A DNA stretch of 64,000 bases from Cetorhinus maximus (Eukaryota). The DNA lies in NCBI RefSeq assembly GCF_964194155.1, contig NC_135901.1, positions 26,474,001-26,538,000 on the forward strand, given 5' to 3'. The notes beneath the pieces were generated by a model that saw nothing but the letters and a program-made list of their open reading frames with translations, did no database searches and was not told where the DNA came from. This document shows, in pieces, positions 21,946 through 35,231 of the stretch. The translations under genes were made by a program, and so were the position numbers. Position 1 is the stretch's first letter. Each line of letters begins with the position of its first letter.

Positions 21946-23260
21946 ATGGCGGACAACTGAGTCGGTTGTGTGGAAATCTTCAGTCGGTAAATTGCTGCCG
22001 GGCGGGTCATGGGGGCGGGAGGCAGTGGGATGGGAGGCTTCGTAAACGCCAGTGCGGAGCTTCTCCCTCCCGGGAACAGGCCCAGGTTAACGGCCGCCAT
22101 CCTGGGTCAGCGAGTGGAGGATGGTTCACATCAGAGGATGGGGGAGGGGGGACAATAAATAAGAGGTTACACTTTGGGCCCAAATCAATGAGGAATCTGA
22201 TCTGTGGGAAGGAAGGAAACCCTGGGAGGTGGGCGGGGAGGATTCAGAAACACCCGCTGGAGGCCCCGAACCCCCAATAAGAACCTGCAGGTCCCGCGTT
22301 TGCAGCTCCGGGACATTTTGCTTTATGCGCGGCCATCTTGGTGACGCAACAGAGAGTGGGCGGGGCTTCAGGGTCCCAGTAACCAGGAGAGAAAATGATC
22401 GATTCATTGCTGGTAGACTCACTTTGCCCAGAGGGGCTTGAGAACTCCACCGAGCCAGAGTGGAGCGAAAGAGAAAACTGGGAGTTGAGGAAAGATATGG
22501 TGTGATGGGTTTGGCAGGCTGACCACCTCTCATGGAGAAAATTAAAGGACATCCTGCCACGGGAGCCCATATGGGTCGGTGGGGGGGGGATGTGTTGGGT
22601 GGGGTGCTGACAGAGCTGTTGGAACACAGAAACATTAGGGGACAGGGTTCTGCGCAATGGGAGGTGTCCAATTTAGGGAACAAACAGTGCCCAGCACCAT
22701 GCGGCCTAGGATATTTGACTCAAATGCAGGAAAATTCCATAAATTAAGGGATGGTTGTTCACTCTGGGGTTTGGATTCCAGCGTGGGGAGGAGGGAGAGC
22801 GTGCGCGATGAGGATTTACTATTTTGCAGGAGCAAGTGGGGAAAACAGGTTTCATAGAAACTAGAATTTTCTGCTCATAATTTCTATCCTGTATTTACAG
22901 TGATGAGTTTTGTGTACTCCTTTTCCAGGGTTTTTGAACGGGTGGATTTATAAACAGGAACTCAAACTGAACATCGCAGCGTGATCTGACAGAGTCACTT
23001 GATTCATCTTTGAATGTGGAAAGACGAATGATTGTTCTGTCTGTGGGAAAAGATTTCAAACATCAGTGTGACTGGAAAAGCACCGAGACACACACACCCG
23101 AGTGTTCCATTCAACTGACTGTGGAATGAGCTTTAACCAGTTACACAGCCTGAAAAAAAAATCACGCCATTCACAGTGAGGAGAAAACGGACACGTGTTC
23201 TGTGCGTGGATGAGCTTCAACTGATTGTCCAACCAGGAGAGAGATAAACACACCGGCATC

Positions 23261-23851
23261 ATGGAGAAACCGTGGAAATGTGAAGACTGTGGAAAAGGAT
23301 TCAATTCTTCATCCCGGTTGGAAATCCATCGACGCATCCACACTGGGGAGAGGCCGTTCATCTGTTCCGTGTGTGGGAAGGGATTCACTCGGTCATCTGG
23401 CCTTCGGTCACACCAGCGAGTTCACACTGAGAAGAAGCCATTCAGCTGCACAACCTGTGGAGAGAGGTTCAAATCTTCATCCATCCTCACTGAACACCAG
23501 CGAATTCACACAGGTGGGAGACCATTCACTTGCTTCGTGTGTGGAAAGGGATTCACTGAGGTATTCGCCCTCCAGTCACACCACCGAATGCACACGAAGG
23601 AGAATCCATTCAGCTGTACTTCCTGTGGAAAGAGCTTCAGGCAGTCAACCGACCTCCTTGAACACCAACGCACTCACACTGGGGCGAAGCCGTTCACCTG
23701 CTCCGTGTGCGGGAAGGGATTCTCTTGGTCTTCCCAACTGCTGACACATCAGCGAGTTCACACCGGGGACCGACCGTTCACCTGCTCCTTGTGTGGGGCG
23801 GGATTCACTCAGTCACAACACCTGTTGAGACACGAGCGGGTTCACAAGTGA
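23261..23851 (+). CDS. C2H2 zinc-finger protein, 7 fingers
   Basis: MEKPWKCEDCGK start (ATG 23261) as in paralogs. Putative acceptor CTCCTTTTCCAG at ~22928. Confidence 0.88.
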   Translation: MEKPWKCEDCGKGFNSSSRLEIHRRIHTGERPFICSVCGKGFTRSSGLRSHQRVHTEKKPFSCTTCGERFKSSSILTEHQRIHTGGRPFTCFVCGKGFTEVFALQSHHRMHTKENPFSCTSCGKSFRQSTDLLEHQRTHTGAKPFTCSVCGKGFSWSSQLLTHQRVHTGDRPFTCSLCGAGFTQSQHLLRHERVHK

Positions 23852-24279
23852 CTGCAGTGATTGGATTGTGCTGTAATTGCTGCTGTTAATCACACCCAGG
23901 ACTGATAATCTGACAATATTTGGGTTGTTTCTGCTGATGTTAACAACCCTATAACTGACTGCAGTTTAATATTCTGGAGATGTCACAATATCTCTTTTTA
24001 AAAGTGCCATCTACAATCTTTCTGCTTAATTCAAGAATTCTCACCAGGAATTAGTTTGCAATAAAATCAGGAACTTTTACTTGAGTCCTAAATTTATTGT
24101 TGACGCGAAATCTACAATTCTGCGTTTGAGAGATTCCACTGATTACCATCACCAATTAGAAAGTGCTGATTAATCCTTGCTAACAATTCTTACCGATTGC
24201 CACATTCTTCACAGCGACGCCTCCTTTTTGAAATTAAATTATAAAGGAACATGAAACAAAACAGTAAAATACTTTACAG

Positions 24280-25162
24280 GTACATCAATAAAAGCTTCAT
24301 CAATCAACATTGATATTGATGAAGTTTGGAAGTCGCTTAGTTCAATCATTTCTGACACAGCAGCAGCAACATTTGGTAAAGGTGGAACCCACAACAAAGA
24401 CTAGTTTGAGAACTAATCAGCAGAGATGACATCTGTCATTGAAGCAAAAAGCAAAGCCCACCTGATGCACAACATAAACCCAACAGTTAGAGCACTGCAT
24501 AACTTGAACGTAGCCAAGATGGTTGTGCAAAAGAGAGGGAGATGCAGTGTAAATAAACACTGGATCAGCCTACGGCAAGAAATCCAAACTGCCTGTGCTA
24601 TGTATGATGGGATCAAGAGGGTGCTTGGGGTTGACTCCCTGAAATTGGCAGATGGTGAAGTACTCACTGACAGAAGTCCTGTGAGTTGAACACTATTGTG
24701 AGCTGAACTCCCATGAGACAGAAACCTCCCAGACTCTGTTTGACTCTCTCCAGCAGCTTATTGTCATGGGTGAGTTGGATGCGAAACCCCTCATCAGTTG
24801 AACTCGAACAGTCCATTGATTTTTTAGGAAGCAGAAAGGCTCCTGGCTAGGATGGAATTCCAGCTGAACTGCTGAAGCATGGAAAGTCCCATCTACTGCC
24901 ACACCTTCATGATCTCAATTCCACAGGACATACATGATTCAAAAGACAACATATTATGCAAAAACAATTGTGGCAAAAGAGATTGCAACAACTACAGAGC
25001 CATCTCACTCCTCAGCATCACAGGGACGACCTTCATTAGGGTCATGCTTAAAAGACTTTATCTACTTGCAGACTGAGTGTGTCCAGAAGCACAGTGCGGT
25101 TTCTATGCTGGCAGATCTACAGTGAACATGATCTTCTCCATATGCCAGTTACAAGAGAAAGC
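24280..25162 (+). mobile_element. RTE-clade LINE fragment
   Basis: KAPG*DGIPAELLK, DCNNYRAISLLS and PEAQCGF.AGRSTVNMIFSICQLQEK motifs. Confidence 0.8.
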
Positions 25163-26685
25163 TCAACTGGTATTTAATCTAAAATGCTGCCAGCTTCTGT
25201 GCTGAGACAAGTGAAATGTTATAATTACTGTGTGAAAGTAAACCTTTAAGTATGAATTACAATTGACTTGTAGAATTGTCAAAGGTACCGAAAAATTGGA
25301 TTCCCCAAAGATCAGCTTTAGCCTTGAAGTTATGTTTCGGAGATCACAAGCTGTGGGAAGCTCCATCCTCTTTAACTTTTTGTGGCCTAAGGAGGTTGAA
25401 GTTTACCTGAGAAAGCTGATTTTGTTTGTTTTATTTTCCTTCAGTTTTATTACAGTCATTTGGAAAGGTGCCTGAAGGAGAATGAAAAAAAAAAAGTGAC
25501 ATTGGGCAAAGCTGAAAAAAAAACTTCAGAATTGGAAACGCAAAAGTTTAAGATGGTGTTTGGTTCGCCTTTGACCTGAAAGGAAAAGTTCCGTAAAGTC
25601 AACATAATTGTGCACAATTTGAGAATGTTTGCTCCAACCCCTTTGAAAACAAGCAGAGGAGTTAACCCTCTCCACTGACAACATGGTGACGGTTTGAACT
25701 AAAGACTTTGCCTTTTAGAGATTTGGTTTCATCCCAATTGTCATCTCTCAAGACAAAGTGCTTGAGGAGGAGAGATATGGGAGTTATCTCCAAACTGATT
25801 GCAAATACTTGTGTCTCTGCTCTACAAATAGCATATTATGTGAATATTGAATTGGACAGTAAAGTTTCTCCAGGGCTCCCGAATGAGATAGAATGGTAAT
25901 TAATGGGATGTCACAGCTAGAATAAAAGATTTTAAAAAATCACACCACCAAAAGGAATTGGAATAACACCCTGGGTATTGTTCAATAGAATAGATCAACC
26001 TGGTATCCATATCCATTCTAGTGAAAGTCAGGAACATGTAAATGAGACTCGTAAATTGATAGCTTTCTCTTGGAGATACTTGTATTCTTCCCTCTGAACT
26101 TTATTTAAAAGCCTGAATTTGATAGTCTGGCTATTACCTGAGGCATTGGAACTTGCAGGGGGAGTTAAGTCAAGATCTTCAGACAGAGGACCCCCGCCAA
26201 CTCCTCTCCTCTCCTCCACCACCCCCCCCCGCCCCCCAATCTTTTGGTAAGATTACCTGAAAGCCCAAGAGTGACTTGTGTCAGATGGTCCATGGGGCAT
26301 GGTACTGAGCTACTGCTGTGAGTGTGCAGATGTGATATGTTATGTGTGGTGTAATAAACATGCGGAAGTGCATAGTGCACCTGCACTGAAGACTGAGACC
26401 CCAGACATGCTCAGCTACTCAAACAGAACAACATGAAGTGATTCATGTGGTCAGTATGAGGCACCATTTTAAATCATCAACGAATTGAAACATACTCCAT
26501 AGAGAAACTGACCTTAAAACAATCCGGACAGAATTAAACACACAGGTATCTATCAGAGGGAGTAAAATTAAAGTGAAGAGGGATTTAGAAAATATCCACA
26601 AGGTGGATGGCAGTGAACAGAGAGCTGGAGAATCTTTAAAGCCCATGCATGAACTTTTGTTTGAACCATATGTATTTATGACATG

Positions 26686-28740
26686 CCAACGTGGTTTTGT
26701 GAAAGAGAAATCGTGTTTGACAAATTTGCTAGAGTTCTTTAAGGATATAACAAGCAGAGTTGTGAAAGGGGGACTGGTATACGTAGTGCATTTGGATTTC
26801 CAGAAGGCATTCAATAAGGTGCCACATAAAAGGTCATTGCACAAGATAAGAGCTCATGGTATTGGGGGTAATGTATTAGCATGGATTGAGGATTGGTTAA
26901 CACACAGATGACAGAGAATTGGGATTAATGGGTCTTTTTCAGATTGGAAAGATGTAACTAGTGGAGTGCCACAAGGATCAATCCTAGGGCTTCAATTATT
27001 TACAATCTATATTAATGACTTGGAGGCAGGAACAGAGTGTATTGTATCCAAATTTGCTGACGATACAAAAATAGGTGGGAGGGCATGTTGTGATGAGGAC
27101 ATAAGGAATCTCCACGGATTATAGACAGGTTGAGTGAGTGGGCAAAAACTTGGCAGATGGAGTTTAATGTAGGAAAGTGTGAGGTCATGCACTTGGTAGG
27201 AAAAATCCAAAGGCAGGCTATTATTTAAATGGGGAGAAACTCCAAAAAAGCGCAGCACAGAGGGATCTGGGTGAACTTGTGGATGAAACACAAAAAGTTA
27301 GCATGCAGGTGCAGCAAGTAATTAAGAAGGCAAATGGAATTTTGGCTTGTAATGCTAGGGGGTTGGAGTTTAAAAATAGGGAAGTCTTGTTACAACTATA
27401 CAGGGTGTTGGTGAGGCCGCACCTGGAGTACTGTGTACAGTTTTGGTCCCCGTATTTAAGAAAGGATGTATTGGCCTTGGTGGTGGTTCAAAAGAGATTC
27501 ACTAGACTGATTCCTGGGATGAGGGTTGACTTATCCAGAACGGCTAAACAGGTTAGGCCTTTATTCATGAGAGTTTAGAAGATTGAGGGAAGATCTTATT
27601 GCAATGTACAAGATTCTAAGGAGGCTTGACAGGGGAGATGTTGAGAAGATGTTTCCACTAATATTCAATGAACGGCATGACACTAGGAAGTTCTGAGGAA
27701 CAAAGGGACCTTGGCGTGTTTTGTCCATAGATCTCTGAAGGCGGAGGGGCATGTAAGTGAGGTGGTGAAAAAGGCATATGGGACACTTTCCTTTATCAAT
27801 CGAGGCATAGATTACAAAAGTAGGGAGGTCATGTTAGAGTTGTATAGAACCTTGGTGAGGCCACAGCTGGAGTACTGTGTGCAGTTCTGGTCACCACAAT
27901 ATAGGAAGGATGTGATTGCACTGGAGGGGGTGCAGGGGAGATTCACCAGGATGTTGCCTGGGATTAAACATTTAAGTTATGAAGAGAGGTTGGATGGACT
28001 TGGGTTGTTTTCATTGGAGCAGAGAAGACTGAGGGGTGACCTGATCGAGGTGTACAAGATTATGAGGGGCATGGACAGGGTGGATAGGGTTCAGCTGCTC
28101 CCCTTAGTTGAAGGGTCAGTCACGAGGGGACACAAGTTCAAGGTGAGGAGCAGGAGGTTCAGGGGGGAATGTGAGGAAAAACTTTTTTTACCCAGAGGGT
28201 GGTGAGGGTCTGGAATGCGCTGCCTGGGAGGGTGGTGGAGGCGGGTTGCCTCACATCCTTTAAAAAGTACCTGGATGAGCATTTGGCAGGTCATAACATT
28301 CAAGGCTATGGGCCAAGTGCTGGTAAATGGGATTTGGTAGGTAGGTCAGGTGTTTCTCACGTGTCGGTGCAGACTCGATGGGCCGAAGGGCCTCTTCTGC
28401 ACTATGTGACTCTGAGATAGTGGGGAATCTTGAACTAGGGGACATAGTTACAGAATAAGGGGACACTCATTTAAAACTGAGATGCGAAGGAATTTCTTCT
28501 CTGAGAGGATAGTGAATGCCTGGAATTCTCTACCCCAGAAAGTTGTGGAGGCTGGATCACTGAAAGTAGTTAAAGGTGAGGTAGATAGATTTTTAAAATA
28601 TTGTGGAGCTGAGGGCTATGAGAAGCTGGCATGAAAGAGGAAATTGAGGCCTGGGGCAGATCAGCCATGATCTTATTGAATGGCAGGGCAGGCTTGAGGG
28701 GCCAAATGGCCTACTCCTGCTCCTATTTCTTATGTTCTTA
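26686..28740 (+). mobile_element. CR1 LINE 3' half with a second CR1 subfamily copy nested at ~27661-28412
   Basis: RT motifs (SCLTNLLEFF, LDFQKAF, FADDTK). The host is split at TTTCCACTA|..|GTGGGG. Two distinct 3' tails. Confidence 0.88.
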
Positions 28741-28755
28741 ATAATTTAGAATTAA

Positions 28756-29111
28756 AAAAAAAATTCTTCATGGGATGTGGGCATTGCTGGCTAGGCCAGC
28801 ATTTATTGCCCATCCCTAATTGCCGCTGAGAACTGAGTGGCTTAATCGGCCATTTCAGAGTCAACCACATCGCTGTGGGTCTGGAGTCACATGTAGGCCA
28901 GACCAGATAAGGACTCAGATTTCCTTTCCTAAAGGGCATGAGTGAACCAGATGGATTTTTTTTTTTACAGCAATCATCATTGGACTTTTAATGCCAGATT
29001 TTTGATTGAATATATACTTCACCATCTGCCATGGTGGGATTCATACCCGGTGCTCAGAGCATTACCCTGGGTTTCTGGATTATGAGTCCAGTGACAATAC
29101 CACCACACCAC
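28756..29111 (-). mobile_element. tRNA-derived SINE with LINE-derived 3' tail
   Basis: Minus-strand A-box-like TGGTGTGGTGG and B-box-like GGTATGAATCCC. The tail GGGATGGGCAATAAATGCTGGCCTAGCCAGC is shared with the LINE at 49150-49200. Confidence 0.75.
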
Positions 29112-29644
29112 TGTAGGTGGGGAGGATGAATCAAATTCGATAGTTATCACATTTACTGGAAAAGGTTTTAATATTTATTCTTGGTGGCAGCTCCACGGTT
29201 TGGTTTGCTGATTCTGATCATTCTAGTAGCTTTAGTATGTTATCTATGGTATGTAATCAAGAAATTAGGAAAACAAGCTCGTAGCTTAGGAATAGCTGGG
29301 TTAGTCAGAAATCAGCTGTGAGGAATCAATAAGGATATTCTCTTCTCAAGGTGTGGCGATCTGTAAAAAAAAAGATCCAAAATTATAGGAATAGCTCCCT
29401 CCCTCCCTCTCTCTCGCTTATGAAGAAAGATTCCATAGCAGCTTTCCGGGTGACAAACACAGGACAGACCTGTTCTCTCTGCCAAGGACATGTCTTTAGC
29501 ACAGGCCCTGAAATGGAACATTTCTAACTCTGATATGATTCAACCTCATGACCCATACGCAAACCATTTGTCTGTGTAAAGGTTAAAACAGGCTCTCAAG
29601 CAGAAAAAAAAACACTTTGGACAAGACAGAGGTTCCAAGGTGAT

Positions 29645-29740
29645 CCACACTCTGGCTTCAATACCCTCACACTGGCTTCAACATCCACACTCTGACTTCA
29701 ACACCCACACTCTGGCTTCAATACCCATACTCTGGCTCAC
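29645..29740 (+). repeat. 20-bp minisatellite (CCACACTCTGGCTTCAAYAC) x~5
   Basis: Tandem units without spacers. Two further units at 29969-30003. Confidence 0.85.
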
Positions 29741-29760
29741 ACCAGTGAACCGCTCAGAGG

Positions 29761-29896
29761 ATAAAAGCAAAATACTGCGGATGCTGGAAATCTGAAACAA
29801 AAACAGAAAATGCTGGAAAAAAAACTCAGCAGGTCTGGCAGCATCTGTGCAGAGAGAAATAGAATTAATGTTTCGAGTCTGTATGACCCTTCTTCA
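29761..29896 (-). mobile_element. One arm of the hammerhead-bearing Penelope-like element
   Basis: Minus strand GTGAAGAAGGGTCATACAGACTCGAAACATT, with the core C3 position altered. Confidence 0.7.
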
Positions 29897-30510
29897 CAGG
29901 ACAGACTTGTTCTCTCTGCCCAGAGGGGACTGTTTCAGGGGAGACTGAATAAGAGATTTCAAAGTGATCCACGCTGGCTTCAACACCCACACTCTGGCTC
30001 ACATCAGTGAACTGTTCAGAGAAGACGACAGCCACAGAGACCAGCACTCACTCTCTGTCATTTGTTTATCCCCAGGGACAGGTAAACCATTCTCATTTGT
30101 CACAGATTGTATGTCTTTTTCTGTCCATTATGCATCATTTTTAAACAGTTGCTTCTTAATAAACCAACTGAAAATCACGTGTGAGCTCGTGCCCCTTTTT
30201 TGGGTAGCCTGTGACTCCTGGATCAAAAATCTTCCTGACCGCTGCATGCAGTTCCGGTCACCATATTATAAAAAAGATATTGAGGCTCAAGAGAGGGAGC
30301 AGAGAAGATTCACAATGATGATACCAGAAATGTGCAGGTTTATATATCAGGAAAGGATTGACAGACTGGATCTCTTGAGAAATGAAGGCTCAGGGGGGGA
30401 TTTGATAGAGGCCTTTAAAATTATGAAAGGGGTTGATAGAGAGGATACAGAGAGAATGTTTCCACTTGTGGGGAAGAGAATGACAAGAGACCATCAACTT
30501 AAGATAGTCA

Positions 30511-33500
30511 ATGGAAGGTAGAAAGAGAGATGAGGTCCTGCAAGCAGAATTTAGGGAGCTAGGAAGCAGATTAAAAAACAGGACCTCAAAGGTAGTGATC
30601 TCTGGATTACTCTCAGTGCCACGCGCTAGTGAATATAGAAGTAGGAGGTTAGTCCAGATGAATGCATGGCTGGAGAGGTGGTGCAGGAGCGAGGGCTTTA
30701 GATTTCTGGGACATTGGAACCGTTTCTGGGGGCGGCGGGACCTGTACAAGGCGGACAGGTTGCACCTGAACCGGAATGGGACCAACGTCCTTGCGGGGAG
30801 GTTTGCTAGTGCTGTTGGGGAGGGTTTAAACTAACTTGGCATGGGGGGTGGGATCCTGAGGAGGTTCAGCAGGGGGAGATGCACAGCCAAAATTAGAAGA
30901 GAGAGCAAGTGAGTCTGGAAGGTGTAAGATTATAGGCCAGTTAAGGCACAAGGGAGTTTGGCAAGGTTAGATGGCATTCATTTTAATGCAAGGAGTCTGA
31001 CGAATAAGGCAGATGAGTTGAGGGCACAAATTAACACTTGGAAGTATGATGTCATTGCTGTCACAGAGACATGTTTGAGAGAAAGGCAGGATTGGCAGCT
31101 CTATTCCAGGATATAGGGTCTTCAGGTGAGTCAGGGAAGGAGGTAAAAGGAGGAGGGGGTATCGCAATATTGATTAAGGAATCAATTACAGTAGTAAGGA
31201 GGGATGACATCTTAGAAGGTTCTTCAAATGAAGCCATATGGGTAGAACTGAAAAACAAGAAAGGAGCAATCATATTGCTGGGGGAGTGTACTATAGACCC
31301 CCAGAGAGAAATAGAAGAGCAGATATGTAGGCAAATTTCAGAGAAGTGTAAAAATAATAGGGTAGTAATAGTTGGGGATTTCAACTTCCCCAACATTAAC
31401 TGGGCTAGTCATAGTGTGATAGGTTTAGAGAGAATGGAATTCTTAAAATGCATCCAGGAGAGCTTTTTAAGCCAGTACTTAGAAAGTCCTACAAGAGAGG
31501 GGGCAGTCCTGGATTTAATTTTAGGGAATGAAGGCGGGCAAGTGGTAGAGGTATCAGTGGAGGAACATTTTTCAGATAGTGATCATAACTCCGTTAGATT
31601 CAAGGTTGTCATGGAAAAGGACCAGGACGGGTCAGAACTCAGAGTTCTAAATTGGGGGAAGGCCGATTTTAATAAGATTAGGTATGATTTGGCCAGAGTG
31701 GACTGGGAACAGCTACTTTTAGGTAAATCTGCATCAGAGCAGTGGGACTCATTCAGGAAGGAAATAAGAAGAGTACAGGGCCAACAGATTCCAGTAAGGA
31801 TAAAGGGCGTGACCAAGAAATCCAGGGTACCCTGGATGTTGAGGGAGGATTATACAGGATTGGATAAAGAGAAAAAGGGAGGCTTATGGCAGATGCTGAG
31901 GGCTCAAAACAGCGGAAGCCCGAGAGGAGTACAGAATGTGTAGGGGGGAACTTGGAAAGGAAATTGGGAGAGCAAAAAGGGGGCATGAAAAAAACATTGG
32001 CAGCTAAAATAAAGGAAAATCCAAAGTTATTTTTCAAGTACATTAAAGAGCAAGAAGATATCTAGGGAATGAGTAGGGCCCATTAAGGACCATAGTAGTA
32101 ATTTGTGTGTGGAGCCGGAAGACGTAGGTAGGGTTCTAAATGAATACTTTGTGTTGGTGTTCACAGTGAGAGGCACGGCATGGGTATGGAAATCAGAAGG
32201 ACTGTGATATAATGAAATTAGCATAGAAAGGGAGGAGGTTCTAGGTGGTCTGGCAGACTTAAAAGTAGATAAACCTCCATGCCTGGATGAAATGTATTGC
32301 AAGCTGTTGAGTGAGGCAAGGGAGGAGATAGCAGGGGCGCTGGCAATAATTTTCAATACCAATCTGGCCACAGGAGATGTGCCAGAGGACTAGAGGACAG
32401 CCAATGTGGTACCGTTATTCAAGACGGGAGGAAGGAATAAACCAGGAAACTACAGGCCAGTCAGTCTAACCTCAGTGGTGGGGAAACTATTGGAAGCAAT
32501 TCTGAGGGATAGAATTAATCTACACTTGGAGAGGCAGGGATTAATCAAGGACAGTCAGCATGGTTTTGTTAAGGAGAGGTGATGTCTGACCAATTTGATT
32601 GAATTTTTCAAAGAGGTGACCAGGTGTGTAGATGAGGGCAATGCATTTGATGCAGTCTGCTTGGACTTCAGCAAGGCTTTTGATAAGGTCTCGCATGGGT
32701 GACTGATAACGAAGGTAAGAGCCCATGGGATCCAAGGCAATTTGGAAAATTGGATCCAGAATTGGCTGAGTGGCAGGAAGCAGAGGGTGATGGTTGAAGG
32801 GTGCTTTTGTGACTGGATGCCTGTATCCAGTGGGGTTCCACAGGGATCGGTGTTGGGTTCCTTGCTGTTTGTGGTATATATAAACTATTTAGACTTGAAT
32901 GTAAGAGGGTTGATCAGTAAGTTCACGAATGACATGAAAATTGCTGGGATGGTAAATAGTGAGGAGGATAGCCTTAGATTACAGGAGGATATAGACGGGC
33001 TGATCAGATGAGCTAATCAGTGGCAAATGGAATTTAATCCGGATAAGTGTGAAGCGGTGTAATTGGGCAGGGCAAACAAGGCACGGGAATACGCGATAAA
33101 TGGTGGGACCCTGGGAAGTACTGAGGATTAGAAGGACCTTGGGGGTGTGCATGTCCACGGGTCCCTCAAGATAGCGGGACAGGTAGATAAGGTGGTTCAG
33201 AAGGCATATTGGATACCTGCCTTTATTGGCCGAGGCATAGAATATAAGAGCAGGGATGTTATGCTGGAACTGTATAAAACGCTGGTTGGGCTACAGCTAG
33301 AGTATTGCATGCCATTCTGGAATCTGCATTATAGGAAGGATATGATTGCATTAGAAAGAGTGCAGAGGAGATTTACCAGGATGTTGCCTGGGTTGGAAAG
33401 TTATGAGGAGAGATTGGATAGACTGAGGTTATTTTCCCTGGAGCAGAGGAGATTGAGGGGGTACATGATTGAGCTGTATAAAATTATGAGGGGCATAGAT

Positions 33501-33837
33501 AGGGTAGACAGGAAGGAACTTTTCCCTTTGGTGGAGGGATCAATAACTAGGGGGCATAGATTTAAGGTAAGGGACAGGAGGTTTAGAAGGGATGTGAGGA
33601 AGAATTTTTTCACTCAGAGGATGGTGGGAATCTGGAACTCACTGCCTGAAAGGGTGGTAGAGGCAGAAACCCTTGTAACATTTAAGAAGTATTTGGATGT
33701 GCACTTGTGATGCCATGGCATACAGGGCTATGGGCTGAGTACTGGAAAATGGGATTACAATAGTTAGATACTTGTTTGACCGGCACAGACTCGATGGGCT
33801 GAAGGGCCTTTTTCTGTGCTGTAGACCTCTATGACTC
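30511..33837 (+). mobile_element. CR1 LINE (ORF1 C-terminus plus degenerate ORF2) nested in an older CR1 (30240-30510, 33838-33970)
   Basis: SGNH motif LHLNRNGT, endonuclease GDFNFP and SDHN, RT PQGSVLG. The host resumes at CACCAAGAAATCCAACAGG. Confidence 0.9.
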
Positions 33838-34539
33838 ACCAAGAAATCCAACAGGGAATTCAGAAGAAACATCTTCACCCAGAGAGTGGTGAGAATGTGG
33901 AAATCACTACCACAGGGAATGGGTAAAATGAATAGTACAGATGTCTTTCAGGGGAAGCTTGATAAGCATTTGAGATTTTTACGGCTCACTCAGGATTTTC
34001 TTCTAAAAGACTTGAACCAATAAGACAACAGGAGATATTTTGATGGGTGTGAGAGTGTGTGTATGGGTGTCTGCGAGTGTGATTGCTGCTTTTCATTAGC
34101 TGCAATGCACCTTCCTCTATCTGACGAGCAGACGATGTTGTGCATCTTAGAATCCCATCAAGTGGTTTGAGTGTTGGTTCATTTATTGAAACCAGGGGCT
34201 TTCCCTGTTCTGAGGATGGCATTGACGTTGGTTGATATCCAAAGTTAACTAATTTATTGCAGAAACACCTTCAACTGGGAATCAGTGAATTAAGATGAAA
34301 GATCCGACAAGCGGTTCAGAACAGTGCACTGCAGGCGCAACATTTAGTTCAATCACTAAATTTTACATTCCTGAAATAATCCCTGCTGTCTGTCCTGAAT
34401 GAATCCATTTCATTAACAAATGTTGAAATGTTTGCTCCACACCCACAGGGTTTCATCTGTTTAAAGCCACAAACAGAAAGGTCGTTTTCTCCTGGAGTTT
34501 GAGACAAAACAACTTTCAAAATGATGCAGCGTTTTAGCC

Positions 34540-35016
34540 AATGAGGGAGATACGGGCTCAGCCCCGCCCCTCATTCACTCCGATTGGTTGGAGGACCATC
34601 CGCTGCCGCTGCTGGGTCCTCCAGTCCCGCCCCCTTTACCCCCATTGGTCCGACGCTAGTTGGAGCATGCGCAGTGCATATATGAACGGGTCGTGTGGCA
34701 GCTGGTGAGAAACCGCTAGAGGTAAAGTGTAGGCCCCAAACCTGCCCTCCCCACAATAACAAAAACAGAGACAGTCGTGTCAAATGTAAAGCGGGTGAGA
34801 AACGGCAGAGTGCGGAATAGTAATGGAGCCAAGCCTTCACACACCCCGGATGGAGGCCTGAAATCCCAGATAAGAAGCTGGTTGTCGCAAGAAAGAGCGA
34901 TTGTTCCTCGGTCACAGGCCCGAGTTAACGTCCGCCATTTTAATAGGGGCAACGATAACCAGGCGCATGTGCGGCCACCATCTTTATATGGTCAATATAC
35001 AGCAGGGCGCATGCGC
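34540..35016 (+). promoter_or_regulatory. ZNF promoter (CCAAT, GC box, NRF1 GCGCATGCGC, YY1 CCGCCATTTT)
   Basis: Paralogous to 21781-21945. Followed by the ZNF-type acceptor unit at 35055-35150. Confidence 0.65.
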
Positions 35017-35231
35017 GGTCATCCCTGTCCCTGTCGGCCGGAGGGAAAATGTGCATTTCTATCCGGGACTGACAGGGATGGATTTTGGAAACTCCTTTTA
35101 CAGGGGGTTAGAAGGGGAGGATTTACACACAGCAAACTCAAATCAAGAATGAGGTTCATCTCTTTTGATATAGGTTTTTAAAATTCTGAATGGGGTGGTA
35201 TATCCAATACTGGGAGCCTTCTTCAGTTCTA

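Noticed and set aside
25685-25700. PBS-like TGGTGAC
   Set aside because: Match too short, and no LTR defined.
29030-29111. tRNA gene
   Set aside because: Degenerate A/B boxes joined to a SINE body, with no cloverleaf.
29645-29740. CRISPR-like array
   Set aside because: Contiguous 20-bp tandem units without unique spacers, in a eukaryotic context with no cas genes.
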